Shown piece by piece: positions 48,064-63,100 of a stretch of 64,000 bases of DNA. The stretch covers positions 1-64,000 of the forward strand of contig JAUCBJ010009089.1 in the NCBI GenBank assembly GCA_032718475.1, written 5' to 3'. This DNA comes from Nemertoderma westbladi (lineage: Eukaryota; Animalia; Xenacoelomorpha). Made by a program: the position numbers and the translations under genes. The first letter of the stretch is position 1; each line of letters starts with the position of its first letter. Under the pieces are notes generated by a model. That model was given only the letters and a program-made list of their open reading frames with translations, ran no database searches and was not told where the DNA came from.

Positions 48064-51000
48064 AACTGTGTTGGGACACTAACAAAATTTTCCGAATATT
48101 GTGACAGCCACAATCAATTGTAGTAATTTTGTGACAGCCACAAACAATTGTCTGAATGTTGTGACAGCCACAAACATTTGTCGCAATGTTGGGACTGCCA
48201 CAAACAAGGCAGCCACAAACAATTGTCGCAATGTTGTAACAGCCACAAACAATTGTCCGAATGTTGTGATAGCCACAAACAATTGTCGTAATGTTGTGAC
48301 AGCCACAAACAATTGTAGTAATGTTGTGACAGCCACAAGCAATTGTCGCAATATTGTGACAGCCACAAAAAATTGTCGTAATGTTGTGACAGTCACAAAC
48401 AATTTCAGAATGTTGTGACAGCCGCAAACAATTGCCAGAATGTTATGACAGCCACAAACAATAGTCGTAGTTTTGTGATACGTACAAACAATGGAGAAAT
48501 TCTGTATCAGCCACGAACAACTGCTGTGTTGCAGTATGCCGTGCAACCGGGACAGCTACAAACAATTTTCGTAATGTTGAGACAGCCATAAACAATTGTC
48601 GAAATGTTGTGACAGCTACAAACAATTTTCGTAATGTTTTGAAAGCCACAAACAATTGTCGTAATGTTGTGACAACGACAAACAATTGTCTCAATATTGT
48701 GACAGCCACAAACAATTGTCGCAATATTGTGACAGCCACAAAATATTGTCGTAATGTCGTGACAGTCACAAACAATTTCAGAATGTTGTGACAGCCGCAA
48801 ACAATTGTCAGAATGTTATGACAGCCACAAACAATAGTCGTAGTTTTGTGATACGCACAAACAATGGAGAAATTCTGTATCAGAACCAACAACTGCTGTG
48901 TTGCAATATGCCGTGCAACCGGGACAGCTACAAACAATTTTTGTAATGTTGAGACTGCCACAAACAATTGTCGCAATGTTGTGACATCTACAAACAATTT
49001 TCGTAATGTTGAGACAGCCACAAACAATTGTCGCAATGTTGTTACAGCTACAAACAATTTTCGTAATGTTTTGAAAGCCACAAACAATTGTCGTAATGTT
49101 GTGACAGCCACAAACAATTGTCGTAATGTTGTGACAGCCACAAACAATTGTCTCAATAATGTGACAGCCACAAACAATTGTTGCAATATTGTGACAGCCA
49201 CAAACAATTGACGCAATGTAATGACAGCCACAAAGAATTGTCGTAATATTGTGACAACCACAAACAATTGTCGTAATGTTGTGACGGCCACAAACAATTG
49301 TCCGAATGTTGTGAGAGCCACAAACAATTGTCGTAATGTTACGACAGTCACAAACAATTGTCATAATATTGTGACAGCCACAAAAAATTGTCGTAATGTT
49401 GTGATGGCCACAAACAATTGTCCGAATGTTGTGACAGCCACAAACAATTGTCGTAATGTTGCGACAGCCACAAATAATTGTCGCAATATTCTGACAGCCA
49501 CAATCAATTGTCACAATGTTGTGACAGCCACAAACAATTGTCGTAATGTTGCGACAGCCACAAACAATTGTCGTAATATTGTGACAGCTACAAACAATTG
49601 TCGTAATATTGTGACAGCTACAAACAATTGTCGTAATATTGTGACAGCCACAAAAATTGCAGGAATGTTGTAACAGCCACAAACAATTGCCGTAATATTA
49701 GAATTATTCTTCAAATAAACTTTTAAATTTATCATCAAAATAATATAAGTGTGTAAATTTACCTCTTTATCAGCGGTGAGGTCATCGAGCAGATCAACAT
49801 CGCTTATGCAGATCGGTTGCTTATCAGGAGCAGCAGAGCCACCCAATATCAACGGAATATTATCCGTTATGTCGTCAATTTCTTCGTTAAACTAGAAAAA
49901 ATATAGATACATTGGATTGTGTTAATAAACAATGCTTGCAGGTTTGCAAAGAGTAACTCTTGCAAACCTCTTACCATGGTAGTTTCATACACAAAATCTC
50001 ACAGCTAAAACTATCTGTGTTGGGACACTAACAAAATTCTCCGAATATTGTGACAGCCACAATCAATTGTAGTAATTTTGTGACAGCCACAAACAATTGT
50101 CTGAATGTTGTGACAGCCACAAACATTTGTCGCAATGTTGGGACTGCCACAAACAATTATCCGAATGTTGTGACAGCCACAAACAATTGTCGCAATGTTG
50201 TAACAGCCACAAACAATTGTCGTAATGTTGTGACAGCCACAAACAATTGTCCGAATGTTGTGACAGACACAAACAATTGTCGTAATGTTGTGACAGCCAC
50301 AAACAATTGTAGTAATGTTGTGACAGCCACAAGCAATTGTCGCAATATTGTGACAGCCACAACCAATTGTCGCAATATTATGACAGCCACATATAATTGT
50401 CGTAATGTTGTGACAGTCACAAACAATTTCAGAATGTTGTGACAGCCGCAAACAATTGCCAGAATGTTATGACAACCACAAACAATAGTCGTAGTTTTGT
50501 GATACGCACAAACAATGGATAAATTCTGTATCAGCCACAAACAACTGCTGTGTTGCAGTATGCCGTGCAACCGGGACAGCTACAAACAATTTTCGTAATG
50601 TTGAGACAGCCACAAACAATTGTCGCAATGTTGTGACAGCTGCAAACAATTTTTGTAATGTATTAAAAGCCACAAACAATTGTCGTAATGTTGTGACAGC
50701 CACAAACAATTGTCGTAATGTTGTGACAGCCACAAAAAATTGTCTCAATATTGTGACAGCCACAAACAATTGTCGCAATATTGTGACAGCCACAAAAACT
50801 TGTCGTAATGTCGTGACAGTCACAACCAATTTCAGAATGTTGTGACAGCCGCAAACAATTGTCAGAATGTTATGACAGCCACAAACAATAGTCGTAGTTT
50901 TGTGATACGCACAAACAATGGAGAAATTCTGTATCAGCCACGAACAACTGCTGTATTGCAGTATGCCGTGCAACCGGGACAGCTACAAACAATTTTCGTA

Positions 51001-54000
51001 ATGTTGAGACAGCCACAAACAATTGTCGCAATGTTGTGACAGCTGCAAACAATTTTTGTAATGTATTAAAAGCCACAAACAATTGTCGTAATGTTGTGAC
51101 AGCCACAAACAATTGTCGTAATGTTGTGACAGCCACAAAAAATTGTCTCAATATTGTGACAGCCACAAACAATTGTCGCAATATTGTGACAGCCACAAAA
51201 ACTTGTCGTAATGTCGTGACAGTCACAACCAATTTCAGAATGTTGTGACAGCCGCAAACAATTGTCAGAATGTTATGACAGCCACAAACAATAGTGGTAG
51301 TTTTGTGATACGCACAAACAATGGAGAAATTCTGTATCAGCCACGAACAACTGCTGTATTGCAGTATGCCGTGCAACCGGGACAGCTACAAACAATTTTC
51401 GTAATGTTGAGACAGCCACAAACAATTGTCGCAATGTTGTGACAGCTACAAACAATTTTCGAAATGTTTTGAAAGCCACAAACAATTGTCGTAATGTTGT
51501 GACTGCCACAAACAATTGTCGTAATGTTGTGACAGCCACAAACAATTGTCGTAATGTTGTGACAGCCACAAAAAATTGTCTCAATATTGTGACAGCCACA
51601 AACAATTGTCGCAATATTGTGACAGCCACAAAAACTTGTCGTAATGTCGTGACAGTCACAACCAATTTCAGAATGTTGTGACAGCCGCAAACAATTGTCA
51701 GAATGTTATGACAGCCACAAACAATAGTCGTAGTTTTGTGATACGCACAAACAATGGAGAAATTCTGTATCAGCCACGAACAACTGCTGTATTGCAGTAT
51801 GCCGTGCAACCGGGACAGCTACAAACAATTTTCGTAATGTTGAGACAGCCACAAACAATTGTCGCAATGTTGTGACAGCTGCAAACAATTTTTGTAATGT
51901 ATTAAAAGCCACAAACAATTGTCGTAATGTTGTGACAGCCACAAACAATTGTCGTAATGTTGTGACAGCCACAAAAAATTGTCTCAATATTGTGACAGCC
52001 ACAAACAATTGTCGCAATATTGTGACAGCCACAAAAACTTGTCGTAATGTCGTGACAGTCACAACCAATTTCAGAATGTTGTGACAGCCGCAAACAATTG
52101 TCAGAATGTTATGACAGCCACAAACAATAGTGGTAGTTTTGTGATACGCACAAACAATGGAGAAATTCTGTATCAGCCACGAACAACTGCTGTATTGCAG
52201 TATGCCGTGCAACCGGGACAGCTACAAACAATTTTCGTAATGTTGAGACAGCCACAAACAATTGTCGCAATGTTGTGACAGCTACAAACAATTTTCGAAA
52301 TGTTTTGAAAGCCACAAACAATTGTCGTAATGTTGTGACTGCCACAAACAATTGTCGTAATGTTGTGACAGCCACAAACAATTGTCTCAATATTGTGACA
52401 GCCACAAACAATTGTCGCAATATTTTGACAGCCACAAAAAATTGTCGTAATGGTGTGACAGTCACAAACAATTGTCGCAATATTGTGACAGTCACAAACA
52501 ATTGTAGCAATATTGTGACAGCCACAAAAATTGTCGTAATGTTGTGACAGTCCCAAAAAATTTCAGAATGTTGTAACAGTTGCAAACAAATGCCGGAATG
52601 TTGTGACAGCCACAAACAAATGTTGTAGTTTTGTGATACGCACAAACAATGGAGGAATTCTGCATCAGCCACAAACAACTGCAGTGTAGCAGTCTGCCGT
52701 GCAACCGGGACAACTACAAACAATTGTCGGAATGTTAAGACAGCCACAAACAATTGTCGCAGTATTGTGACAGCTACAAACAATTGTCGTAATGTTGTGA
52801 CAGCCGCGTACAATTGCCGGAATGTTGTGACAGCTACAAAAAATTGTCGAAATGTTGTGACAGCCACAACAAATTGTCGCAATGTTGTGACAGCCACAAA
52901 CAATTATCGCAAGGTTGTGACAGCCACAAATAATTGTCGTAATGTTGTGACAGCCACAAACAATTGTCGTAATATTGTGACAGCCGCAAACAATGGTCGA
53001 AATGTTGTGATAGCCACAAAAAATTGTCGCAATGCTGTGACAGCCACAAACAATTGTCGCAAGGTTGTGACAGCCACAAACAATTATCGCTCGGTTTTGA
53101 CAGCCACAAACAATTGTCGTAATGTTTTGACAGCCACAAACAATTGTCGTAATATTGTGACAGCCGCAAACAATTGTCGGAATATTGTGACTGCAGAAAA
53201 CAATTTTCGTAACGTTGTGACAGCCACACACAATTGTCGTAATATTGTAACAGCCGCAAACAATTGTCGGAATGTTGTGACAGCCACAAACAATTGTCGT
53301 AATGGTGTGACAGCCACAAATAATAGTCGTATTGTTGTGATAGCTACAAACAATTTACGGAATGTTGTGACAGCCGCAAACAATTGCCGGATTGTTGTGA
53401 CAGCCGCAAAAAATTGTCGTAATGTTGTGACAACCACAAACAATTGTCGTAATGTTGTGACGACCACAAACAATTGTCCGAATGTTGTGACAGCCACAAA
53501 CAATTGTTGTAATTTTGCGACAGCCACAAACAATTTTCGTAATATTGTGACAGCTACAAACAATTGTCGTAATGTTGTGACGGCCACAAACAATTGTCCG
53601 AATGTTGTGACAGCCACAAACAATTGTCGTAATGTTGTGACAACCACAAACAATTGTCGTAATGTTGTGACGGCCACAAACAATTGTCCGAATGTTGTGA
53701 CAGCCACAAACAATTGTCCAAATTTGCGACAGCCACAAACAATTGTCGTAATATTGTGATAGCCACAAAAAATTGTCGCAATATTCTGACAGCCACAATC
53801 AATTGTCACAATGTTGTGACAGCCACAAACAATTGTCGCAATGTTGTGTCAACCACAAACACTTGTAGCAATATTGTGACAGCCTCAAACAATTGACGCA
53901 ATGTAATGACAGCCACAAAGAATTGTCGTAATATTGTGACAGCTACAAACAATTGTCGTAATATTGTGACACCCACAATCAATTGTCACAATGTTGTGAC

Positions 54001-57000
54001 AGCCACAAACAATTGTCGTAATGTTGCGACAGCCACAAACAATTGTCGTAATATTGTGACAGATGCAAACAATTGTCGTAATATTGTGACAGCTACAAAC
54101 AATTGTCGTAATATTGTGACAGCCACAAAAATTGCAGGAATGTTGTAACAGCCACAAACAATTGCCGTAATATTAGAATTAATCTTCAAATAAACTTTTA
54201 AATTTATCATCAAAATAATATAAGTGTGTAAATTTACATCCTTATCAGCGGTGGGTTCATCGAGCAGATCAAGATCGCTTGTGTACTGTAGATCGGTTGC
54301 TTATCAGGAGCAGCAGAGCCACCCAATATCAACGGAATATTACCCGTTATGACGTCAATTTCTTCGTTAAACTAGAAAAAATATAGATACATTGGATTGT
54401 GTTAATAAACAATGCTTGCAGGTTTGCAAAAAGTAACTCTTGCAAACCTCTTACCATGGTAGTTTCACACACAAAATCTCACAGCTAAAACTATCTGTGT
54501 TGGGACAGTCACAAACAACTTCGGAATATTGTGACAGCCACAATCAATTGTAGTAATTTTGTAACAGCCACAAACAATTGTCTGAATGTTGTGACAGCTA
54601 CAAACATTTGTCGCAATGTTGTGACAGCCACAAACAATTGTCCGAATGTTGTGACAGCCACAAACAATTGTCGTAATGTTTTGACAGCCAAAAACAATTG
54701 TCGCAATATTGTGACAGCCACAAACAATTGTCGCAATATTATGACAGCCACAAAAAATATCGTAATGTTGTGACAGTCACAAACAATTGTCGCAAGGTTG
54801 TGACAGCCACAAACAATTGTCGTAATGTTGTGACAGCCACAAACAATTGTCGCAAAGTTGTTACAGCCACAAACAATTGTCGTAATGTTGTGACAGCAAC
54901 AAACAATTGTCGTAATGTTGTGTCAGCTACAAACAATTGTCGCAATGTTGTGACAGCCACAAACAATTGTACGAATGCTGTGACAGCTACAAACAATTGT
55001 CGTAATGTTGTGACAGCCACAAACAATCGTACAAATGTTGTGACAGCAACAAACAATTGTATGAATGTTGTGACAGCTACAAACAATTGTCGTAATGTAG
55101 TGACAACTACAAACAATTGTCGTAATGTTGTGACAGCCACAAACAATTGTAGTAATTTTGTGACAGCCACAAACAATTGTCCGAATGTTGTGATAGCTAC
55201 AAACAATTGTCGTAATGTTGTGACAGCTACAAACCGAATGTTGTGATAGCTACAAACAATTGTCGTAATGTTGTGACAGCTACAATACAATTGTCGTAAT
55301 TTTGTGACAGCCACAAACAATTGTCGTAATGTTGTTACAGCCACAAACAATTATTGTCGTAATGTTGTGAAAGCAAAAAACAATTATCGCAATCTTGTGA
55401 CAGCTACAAACAATTGTAGTAATGTTGTGACAGCCACAAACAATTATTGTCGTAATGTTGTGACAGCCACAAACAATTATTATCGTAATGTTGTGACAGC
55501 CACAAACAATTGTAGTAATTTTGTGACAGCCACTAACAATTGTAGTAATTTTGTGACAGCCACAAACAATTATTGTCGTAATGTTGTGACAGCCACAAAC
55601 AATTGTAGTAGTTTTGTGACAGCCACAAACAATTGTAGTAATTTTGTGACAGCCACAAACAATTATTGTCGTAATGTTGTGAAAGCAAAAAACAATTATC
55701 GCAATCTTGTGACAGCTACAAACAATTGTAGTAATGTTGTGACAGCCACAAACAATTATTGTCGTAATGTTGTGACAGCCACAAACAATTATTGTCGTAA
55801 TGTTGTGACAGTCACAAACAATTATTGTCGTAATGTTGTGACAGCCACAAACTAATACCAAAATGTTGTGGCAGCTGCTAATAATTGCAATAATTTTGTG
55901 ACTGACATACACAAACAAATGTCACAATTAATCATCAACTAAATATTTAAATTTATTATCAAAATAATGTAAGTGTGTAAATTTACCTCCTTATCAGCGG
56001 TGGGTTCATCGAGCAGATCAAGATCGCTTGTGCAGATCGGTTGCTTATCAGGAGCAGCAGAGCCACCCAATATCAACGGAATATTATCCGTTATGTCGTC
56101 AATTTCTTCGTTAAACTAGAAAAAATATAGATACATTGGATTGTGTTAATAAACAATGCTTGCAGGTTTGCAAAAAGTAACTCTTGCAACCTTCTTACCA
56201 TTAGGTAAGATCTTACCAAATTAATTACAATAATTCGGAGTGAACAATAAATCCGTCTACAAACTGCAACTTTACTATGTATGTGAGAGATATATTTCCA
56301 GCCTGCTTCCAAAATAGCCAATCGGAATGGCAGTACAATATTCTAGAATGCATATTAAGCATAGAATATATGCAAAGCATAGCCAGCTGGCTTTGGAGGA
56401 CCTGGTATTATTCACATGGGCACTTATTGGCATTCGGAGCTCTGTATGCAACCTTTATGTATGTGCATTAAGTCAATATAATATCATGTGAAGAAAACCT
56501 TTGTATTACTAAATTGAAACTAGGCTTATGAACTTTCTGTGGAATACAACTATCAAAGTGTTTTGATCCGTTCTTGTGATATTTAGCATCGAAATTTTAC
56601 GAATAAAGATAGAATGGTCTTTATTCCTACATATGTACATGTATGGAAGGAAGGTGAAACAAAGGCAACATAATATTTTCATAAAAATAGCGGATATTTA
56701 CGGGCGGTGAAATAGGCAGTTTTTTAGAACGAAATTTCTTAGGGATGGATGATAAGGGATAAAATATTATTTGTTTTAAAAGGTATTGTAATAAACGTTT
56801 CATATTTTTATATTACAGGATCAAGCAACAATATCAAGCAATAAAGTAATTTAGTAAAAGTAGCCAATTTTATTTTATAAAAAGAATAAAATGGCGTATT
56901 GCTAACAATGCAAAGTAAGACTACATTCTTTCACGTCTCGAGAATGTTGAAAGAAATTTATGCTTTTCTTGTTTAAAGTTCCCTAATACCTAAAAATAAT

Positions 57001-57159
57001 GTCTATTACCAAATATTTGAGGACATTATGTATATGGAAAGTTGTGAGATATAAGATTTAAATGCATTTAATTTATTAAGTGCATTGCCAAGTCAGTACG
57101 TTACAAAAGTGTTTAAAAATTTCATATTTGAGATAGAGAAGCATTTCGCCTTGTTTTTA

Positions 57160-60100
57160 CCATTTTAGGTTTATATATTATACTCCAAGCCATACTTACA
57201 AGTCTTCCTCATCTTACATACCTTGTGCGGTATTTCTGTTTTTTTAGTTTATTTCCCTGATGATGCCCCTAGTGGGAGAAATTAATTGGATTGTATAATA
57301 AAACAGATAGAGTCGGGCGTAAAGAAACTCCTTTATTTCTCAGTCAGTACACGAAATGCATTGTCGCGCCCTGAAGTCGGCTTGCCGTTTGATTAATAAC
57401 TTTAATATGATAGATGTCTGGCTATGAGTAAAATGCAATGACTTCACATATATATGTCTTAAGTCAAATGTGAATGAGCTACAAGTACGTTAAAGCACCA
57501 ATATTAACATTATGTGAAGAAAACCTTTGTATTCATTCAGACTGGACCACATTGACTATTATAGGGTCTTCTCGGTTTTTTCAGAATCAATATGCCTAAA
57601 ATGATCTATGGCTATGAGTAAAGGGTAACAGTATAACATAAAGGCTATCGTCCCCAACACCCCCACTTCTTTTCTTGGGGGCTATCGTCCCCAACACCCC
57701 CACTTCTTTTCTTGGGGGCTATCGTCCCCAACACCCCCGCTTCTTTTCTTGTGGGCTATCGTCCCCAACACCCCCACTTCTTTTCTTGGGGGCAATCGTC
57801 CCCAACAACCCCACTTCTTTTCTTGGGGGCTATCGTCCCCAACACCCCCACTTCTTTTCTTGGGGGATATCGTCGCCAACACCCCCACTTCTTTTCTTGG
57901 GGGATATCGTCGCCAACACCCCCACTTATTTTCTTGGGGGCTATCGTCCCCAACACCCCCACTTCTTTTCTTGGGGGCTATCGTCCCCAACACCCCCACT
58001 TATTTTCTTGGGGGCTATCGTCCCCAACACCCCCACTTCTTTTCTTGGGGGCTATCGTCCCCAACACCCCCACTTCTTTTCTTGGGGGCTATCGTCCTCA
58101 ACACCCCCACTTCTTTTCTTGGGGGCAATCGTCCCCAACACCCCCACTTCTTTTCTTGGGGGCTATCGTCCCCAACACCCCCACTTCTTTTCTTGGGGGA
58201 TATCGTCGCCAACACCCCCACTTATTTTCTTGGGGGCTATCGTCCCCAACACCCCCACTTCTTTTCTTGGGGGCTATCGTCCCCAACACCCCCACTTCTT
58301 TTCTTGGGGGCTATCGTCCCCAACACCCCCACTTCTTTTCTTGTGGGCTATCGTCCCCCCCAACACCCCCACTTCTTTTCTTGGGGGCTATCGTCCCCAA
58401 CACCCCCTCTTCTTTTCTTGGGGGTTATCGTCCCCAACACCCCCACTTATTTTCTTGGGGGCTATCGTCCCCAACACCCCCACTTATTTTCTTGGGGGCT
58501 ATCGTCCCCAACACCCCCACTTCTTTTCTTGGGGGCAATCGTCCCCAACACCCCCACTTCTTTTCTTGGGGGCTATCGTCCCCAACACCCCCACTTCTTT
58601 TATTGGGGGATATCGTCGCCAACACCCCCACTTCTTTTCTTGGGGGCTATCGTCCCCAACACCCCCACTTCTTTTCTTGGGGGCTATCGTCCCCAACACC
58701 CCCACTTCTTTTCTTGGGGGCTATCGTCGCCAACACCCCCACTTCTTTTCTTGGGGGCTATCGTCCCCAACACCCCCACTTCTTTTCTTGGGGGCTATCG
58801 TCCCCAACACCCCCACTTCTTTTCTTGGGGGCTATCGTCGCCAACACCCCCACTTCTTTTCTTGGGGGCTATCGTCCCCAACACCCCTACTTCTTTTCTT
58901 GGGGGCTATCGTCCCCAACACCCCCACTTCTTTTCTTGGGGGCTATCGTCCCCAACACCCCCACTTCTTTTCTTGGGGGCTATCGTCCCCAACACCCCCA
59001 CTTCTTTTCTTGGGGGCTATCGTCCCCAACACCCCCACTTCTTTTCTTGGGGGCAATCGTCCCCAACACCCCCACTTCTTTTCTTGGGGGCTATCGTCCC
59101 CAACACCCCCACTTCTTTTCTTGGGGGCTATCGTCGCCAACACCCCCACTTCTTTTCTTGGGGGCTATCGTCCCCAACACCCCCACTTCTTTTCTTGGGG
59201 GCTATCGTCCCCAACACCCCCACTTCTTTTCTTGGGGGCTATCGTCCCCAACACCCCCACTTCTTTTCTTGGGGGCTATCGTCCCCAACACCCCCACTTC
59301 TTTTCTTGGGGGCTATCGTCCCCAACACCCCCACTTCTTTTCTTGGGGGCTATCGTCCCCAACACCCCCACTTCTTTTCTTGGGGGCTATCGTCCCCAAC
59401 ACCCCCACTTCTTTTCTTGGGGGCTATCGTCCCAACACCCCCACTTCTTTTCTTGGGGGCTATCGTCCCCAACACCCCCACTTCTTTTCTTGGGGGCTAT
59501 CGTCCCCAACACCCCCACTTCTTTTCTTGGGGGCTATCGTCCCCAACACCCCCACTTCTTTTCTTGGGGGCTATCGTCCCCAACACCCCCACTTCTTTTC
59601 TTGGGGGCTATCGTCCCCAACACCCCCACTTCTTTTCTTGGGGGCTATCGTCCCCAACACCCCCACTTCTTTTCTTGGGGGCTATCGTCCCCAACACCCC
59701 CACTTCTTTTCTTGGGGGCTATCGTCCCCAACACCCCCACTTCTTTTCTTGGGGGCTATCGTCCCCAACACCCCCACTTCTTTTCTTGGGGGCTATCGTC
59801 CCCAACACCCCCACTTCTTTTCTTGGGGGCTATCGTCCCCAACACCCCCACTTCTTTTCTTGGGGGCTATCGTCCCCAACACCCCCACTTCTTTTCTTGT
59901 GGGCTATCGTCCCCAACACCCCCACTTCTTTTCTTGGGGGCTATCGTCCCCAACACCCCCACTTCTTTTCTTGGGGGATATCGTCCCCAACACCCCCACT
60001 TCTTTTCTTGGGGGCTATCGTCCCCAACACCCCCACTTCTTTTCTTGGGGGCTATCGTCCCCAACACCCCCACTTCTTTTCTTGGGGGCTATCGTCCCCA

Positions 60101-63100
60101 ACACCCCCACTTCTTTTCTTGGGGGCTATCGTCCCCAACACCCCCACTTCTTTTCTTGGGGGCTATCGTCCCCAACACCCCCACTTCTTTTCTTGGGGGC
60201 TATCGTCCCCAACACCCCCACTTATTTTCTTGGGGGCTATCGTCCCCAACACCCCCACTTCTTTTCTTGGGGGCTATCGTCCCCAACACCCCCACTTCTT
60301 TTCTTGGGGGATATCGTCCCCAACACCCCACTTCTTTTCTTGGGGGCTATCGTCCCCAACACCCCCACTTCTTTTCTTGGGGGCTATCGTCCCCAACACC
60401 CCCACTTCTTTTCTTGGGGGCTATCGTCCCCAACACCCCCACTTCATTTCTTGGGGGCTATCGTCCCCAACACCCCCACTTCTTTTCTTGGGGGCTATCG
60501 TCCCCAACACCCCCACTTCTTTTCTTGGGGGCTATCGTCCCCAACACCCCCACTTCTTTTCTTGGGGGATATCGTCCCCAACACCCCCACTTCTTTTCTT
60601 GGGGGCTATCGTCCCCAACACCCCCACTTCTTTTCTTGGGGGCTATCGTCCCCAACACCCCCACTTCTTTTCTTGGGGGCTATCGTCCCCAACACCCCCA
60701 CTTCTTTTCTTGGGGGCTATCGTCCCCAACACCCCACTTCTTTTCTTGGGGGCTATCGTCCCCAACACCCCCACTTCTTTTCTTGGGGGCTATCGTCCCC
60801 AACACCCCCACTTCTTTTCTTGGGGGCTATCGTTCCCAACACCCCCACTTCTTTTCTTGTGCTCTATCGTCCCCTACACCCCCACTTCTTTTCTCGGGGG
60901 CTATCGTCCCCAACACTCCCACTTCTTTTCTTGGGGGATATCGTCCCCAACACCCCCACTTCTTTTCTTGGGGGCTATCGTCCCCAACACCCCCACTTCT
61001 TTTCTTGTGGGCTATCGTCCCCAACACCCCCACTTATTTTCTTGGGGGCTATCGTCCCCAACACCCCCACTTCTTTTCTTGTGGGCTATCGTCCCCAACA
61101 CCCCCACTTCTTTTCTTGGGGGCTATCGTCCCCAACACCCCCACTTCTTTTCTTGGGGGATATCGTCCCCAACACCCCCACTTATTTTCTTGGGGGCTAT
61201 CGTCCCCAACACCCCCACTTCTTTTCTTGGGGGCTATCGTCCCCAACACCCCCACTTCTTTTCTTGGGGGCTATCGTCCCCAACACCCCCACTTCTTTTC
61301 TTGGGGGCTATCGTCCCCAACACCCCCACTTCTGTTCTTGGGGGCTATTGTCCCCAACACCCCCACTTATTTTTTGTGGGCTATCGTCCCCAACACCCCC
61401 ACTTATTTTCTTGGGGGCTATCGTCCCCAACACCCCCACTTCTTTTCTTAGGGGATATCGTCCCCAACACCCCTACTTCTTTTCTTGGGGGCTATCGTCC
61501 CCAACACCCCTACTTCTTTTCTTGGGGGATATTGTCCCCAACACCCCAACTTCTTTTCTTGGGGGCTATCGTCCCCAACACCCCACTTCTTTTCTTGGGG
61601 GCTATCGTCGACAACACCCCCACTTCTTTTCTTGGGGGCTATCGTCCCCAACACCCCCACTCCATTTCTTGGGGGCTATCGTCCCCAACACCCCCACTTC
61701 TTTTCTTGGGGGATATCGTCCCCAACACCCCCACTTCTTTTCTTGGGGGCTATCGTCCCCAACACCCCCACTTCTTTTCTTGGGGGCTATCGTTCCCAAC
61801 ACCCCCACTTCTTTTCTTGGGGGCTATCGTCCCCAACACCCCCACTTCTTTTCTTGGGGGCTATCGTCCCCAACACCCCACTTCTTTTCTTGGGGGCTAT
61901 CGTCCCCAACACCCCCACTTCTTTTCTTGGGGGCTATCGTCCCCAACACCCCCACTTCTTTTCTTGGGGGCTATCGTTCCCAACACCCCCACTTCTTTTC
62001 TCGGTTGCTATCGTCCCCAACACTCCCACTTCTTTTCTTGGGGGATATCGTCCCCAACACCCCCACTTCTTTTCTTGGGGGCTATCGTCCCCAACACCCC
62101 CACTTCTTTTCTTGTGGGCTATCGTCCCCAACACCCCCACTTATTTTCTTGGGGGCTATCGTCCCCAACACCCCCACTTCTTTTCTTGTGGGCTATCGTC
62201 CCCAACACCCCCACTTCTTTTCTTGGGGGCTATCGTCCCCAACACCCCCACTTCTTTTCTTGGGGGATATCGTCCCCAACACCCCCACTTATTTTCTTGG
62301 GGGCTATCGTCCCCAACACCCCCACTTCTTTTCTTGGGGGCTATCGTCCCCAACACCCCCACTTCTTTTCTTGGGGGCTATCGTCCCCAACACCTCCACT
62401 TCTTTTCTTGTGGGCTATCGTCCCCAACACACCCACTTCTTTTATTGGGGGCTATCGTCCCCAACACCCCCACTTCTTTTCTTGGGGGCTATCGTCCCAA
62501 ACACCCCCACTTCTTTTCTTGGGGGCTATCGTCCCAAACACCCCCACTTCTTTTCTTGGGGGCTATCGTCGCCAACACCCCCACTTCTTTTCTTGGGGGT
62601 TATTGTCCCCAACACACCCACTTCTTTTCTTGGGGGCTATCGTCCCCAACACCCCACTTCATTTCTTGGGGGCTATCGTCCCCAACACCCCCACTTCTTT
62701 TCTTGGGGGATATCGTCCCCAACACCACCACTTCTTTTCTTGGGGGATATCGTCCCCAACACCCCCACTTCTTTTCTTGGGGGCTATCGTCCCCAACACC
62801 TCCACTTCTTTTCTTGTGGGCTATCGTCCCCAACACACCCACTTCATTTCTTGGGGGCTATCGTCCCCAACACCCCCACTTCTTTTCTTGGGGGATATCG
62901 TCCCCAACACCACCACTTCTTTTCTTGGGGGATATCGTCCCCAACACCCCCACTTCTTTTCTTGGGGGCTATCGTCCCCAACACCCCCACTTCTTTTCTT
63001 GGGGGCTATCGTCGCCAACACCCCCACTTCTTTTCTTGGGGGCTATCGTCCCCAACACCCCCACTTCTTTTCTTGGGGGCTATCGTCCCCAACACCCCCA

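Larger units (their letters stand above)
43460..55925. repeat. 30-bp satellite (GACAGCCACAAACAATTGTCGTAATGTTGT) with higher-order structure
   Basis: Several hundred diverged monomers, interrupted by ~335-bp cassettes and by a recurrent diverged block. Confidence 0.98.
42211..57159. repeat. ~15-kb composite tandem unit, copy 1 (head, 37-bp array, 30-bp arrays with cassettes, unique tail)
   Basis: The head 42211-42692 recurs almost identically at 57160-57642, followed by the same order of arrays. The unit spans an N gap. Confidence 0.9.

Noticed and set aside
43436-55918. Cys/Thr-rich ORFs (VTATNNCRNV)n, (CGCHNITTIV)n and (VAVTTLRQLF)n resembling mucin, antifreeze or metallothionein-like proteins
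   Set aside because: They are open simultaneously on both strands because the 30-mer lacks stops. Frequent 29-bp monomers and stops break the frames, and no signal peptide or start context is visible.
43460-55925. CRISPR-like appearance of the ~30-37-bp palindromic repeats
   Set aside because: Monomers are contiguous with no unique spacers, there are no cas genes, and the context is eukaryotic.
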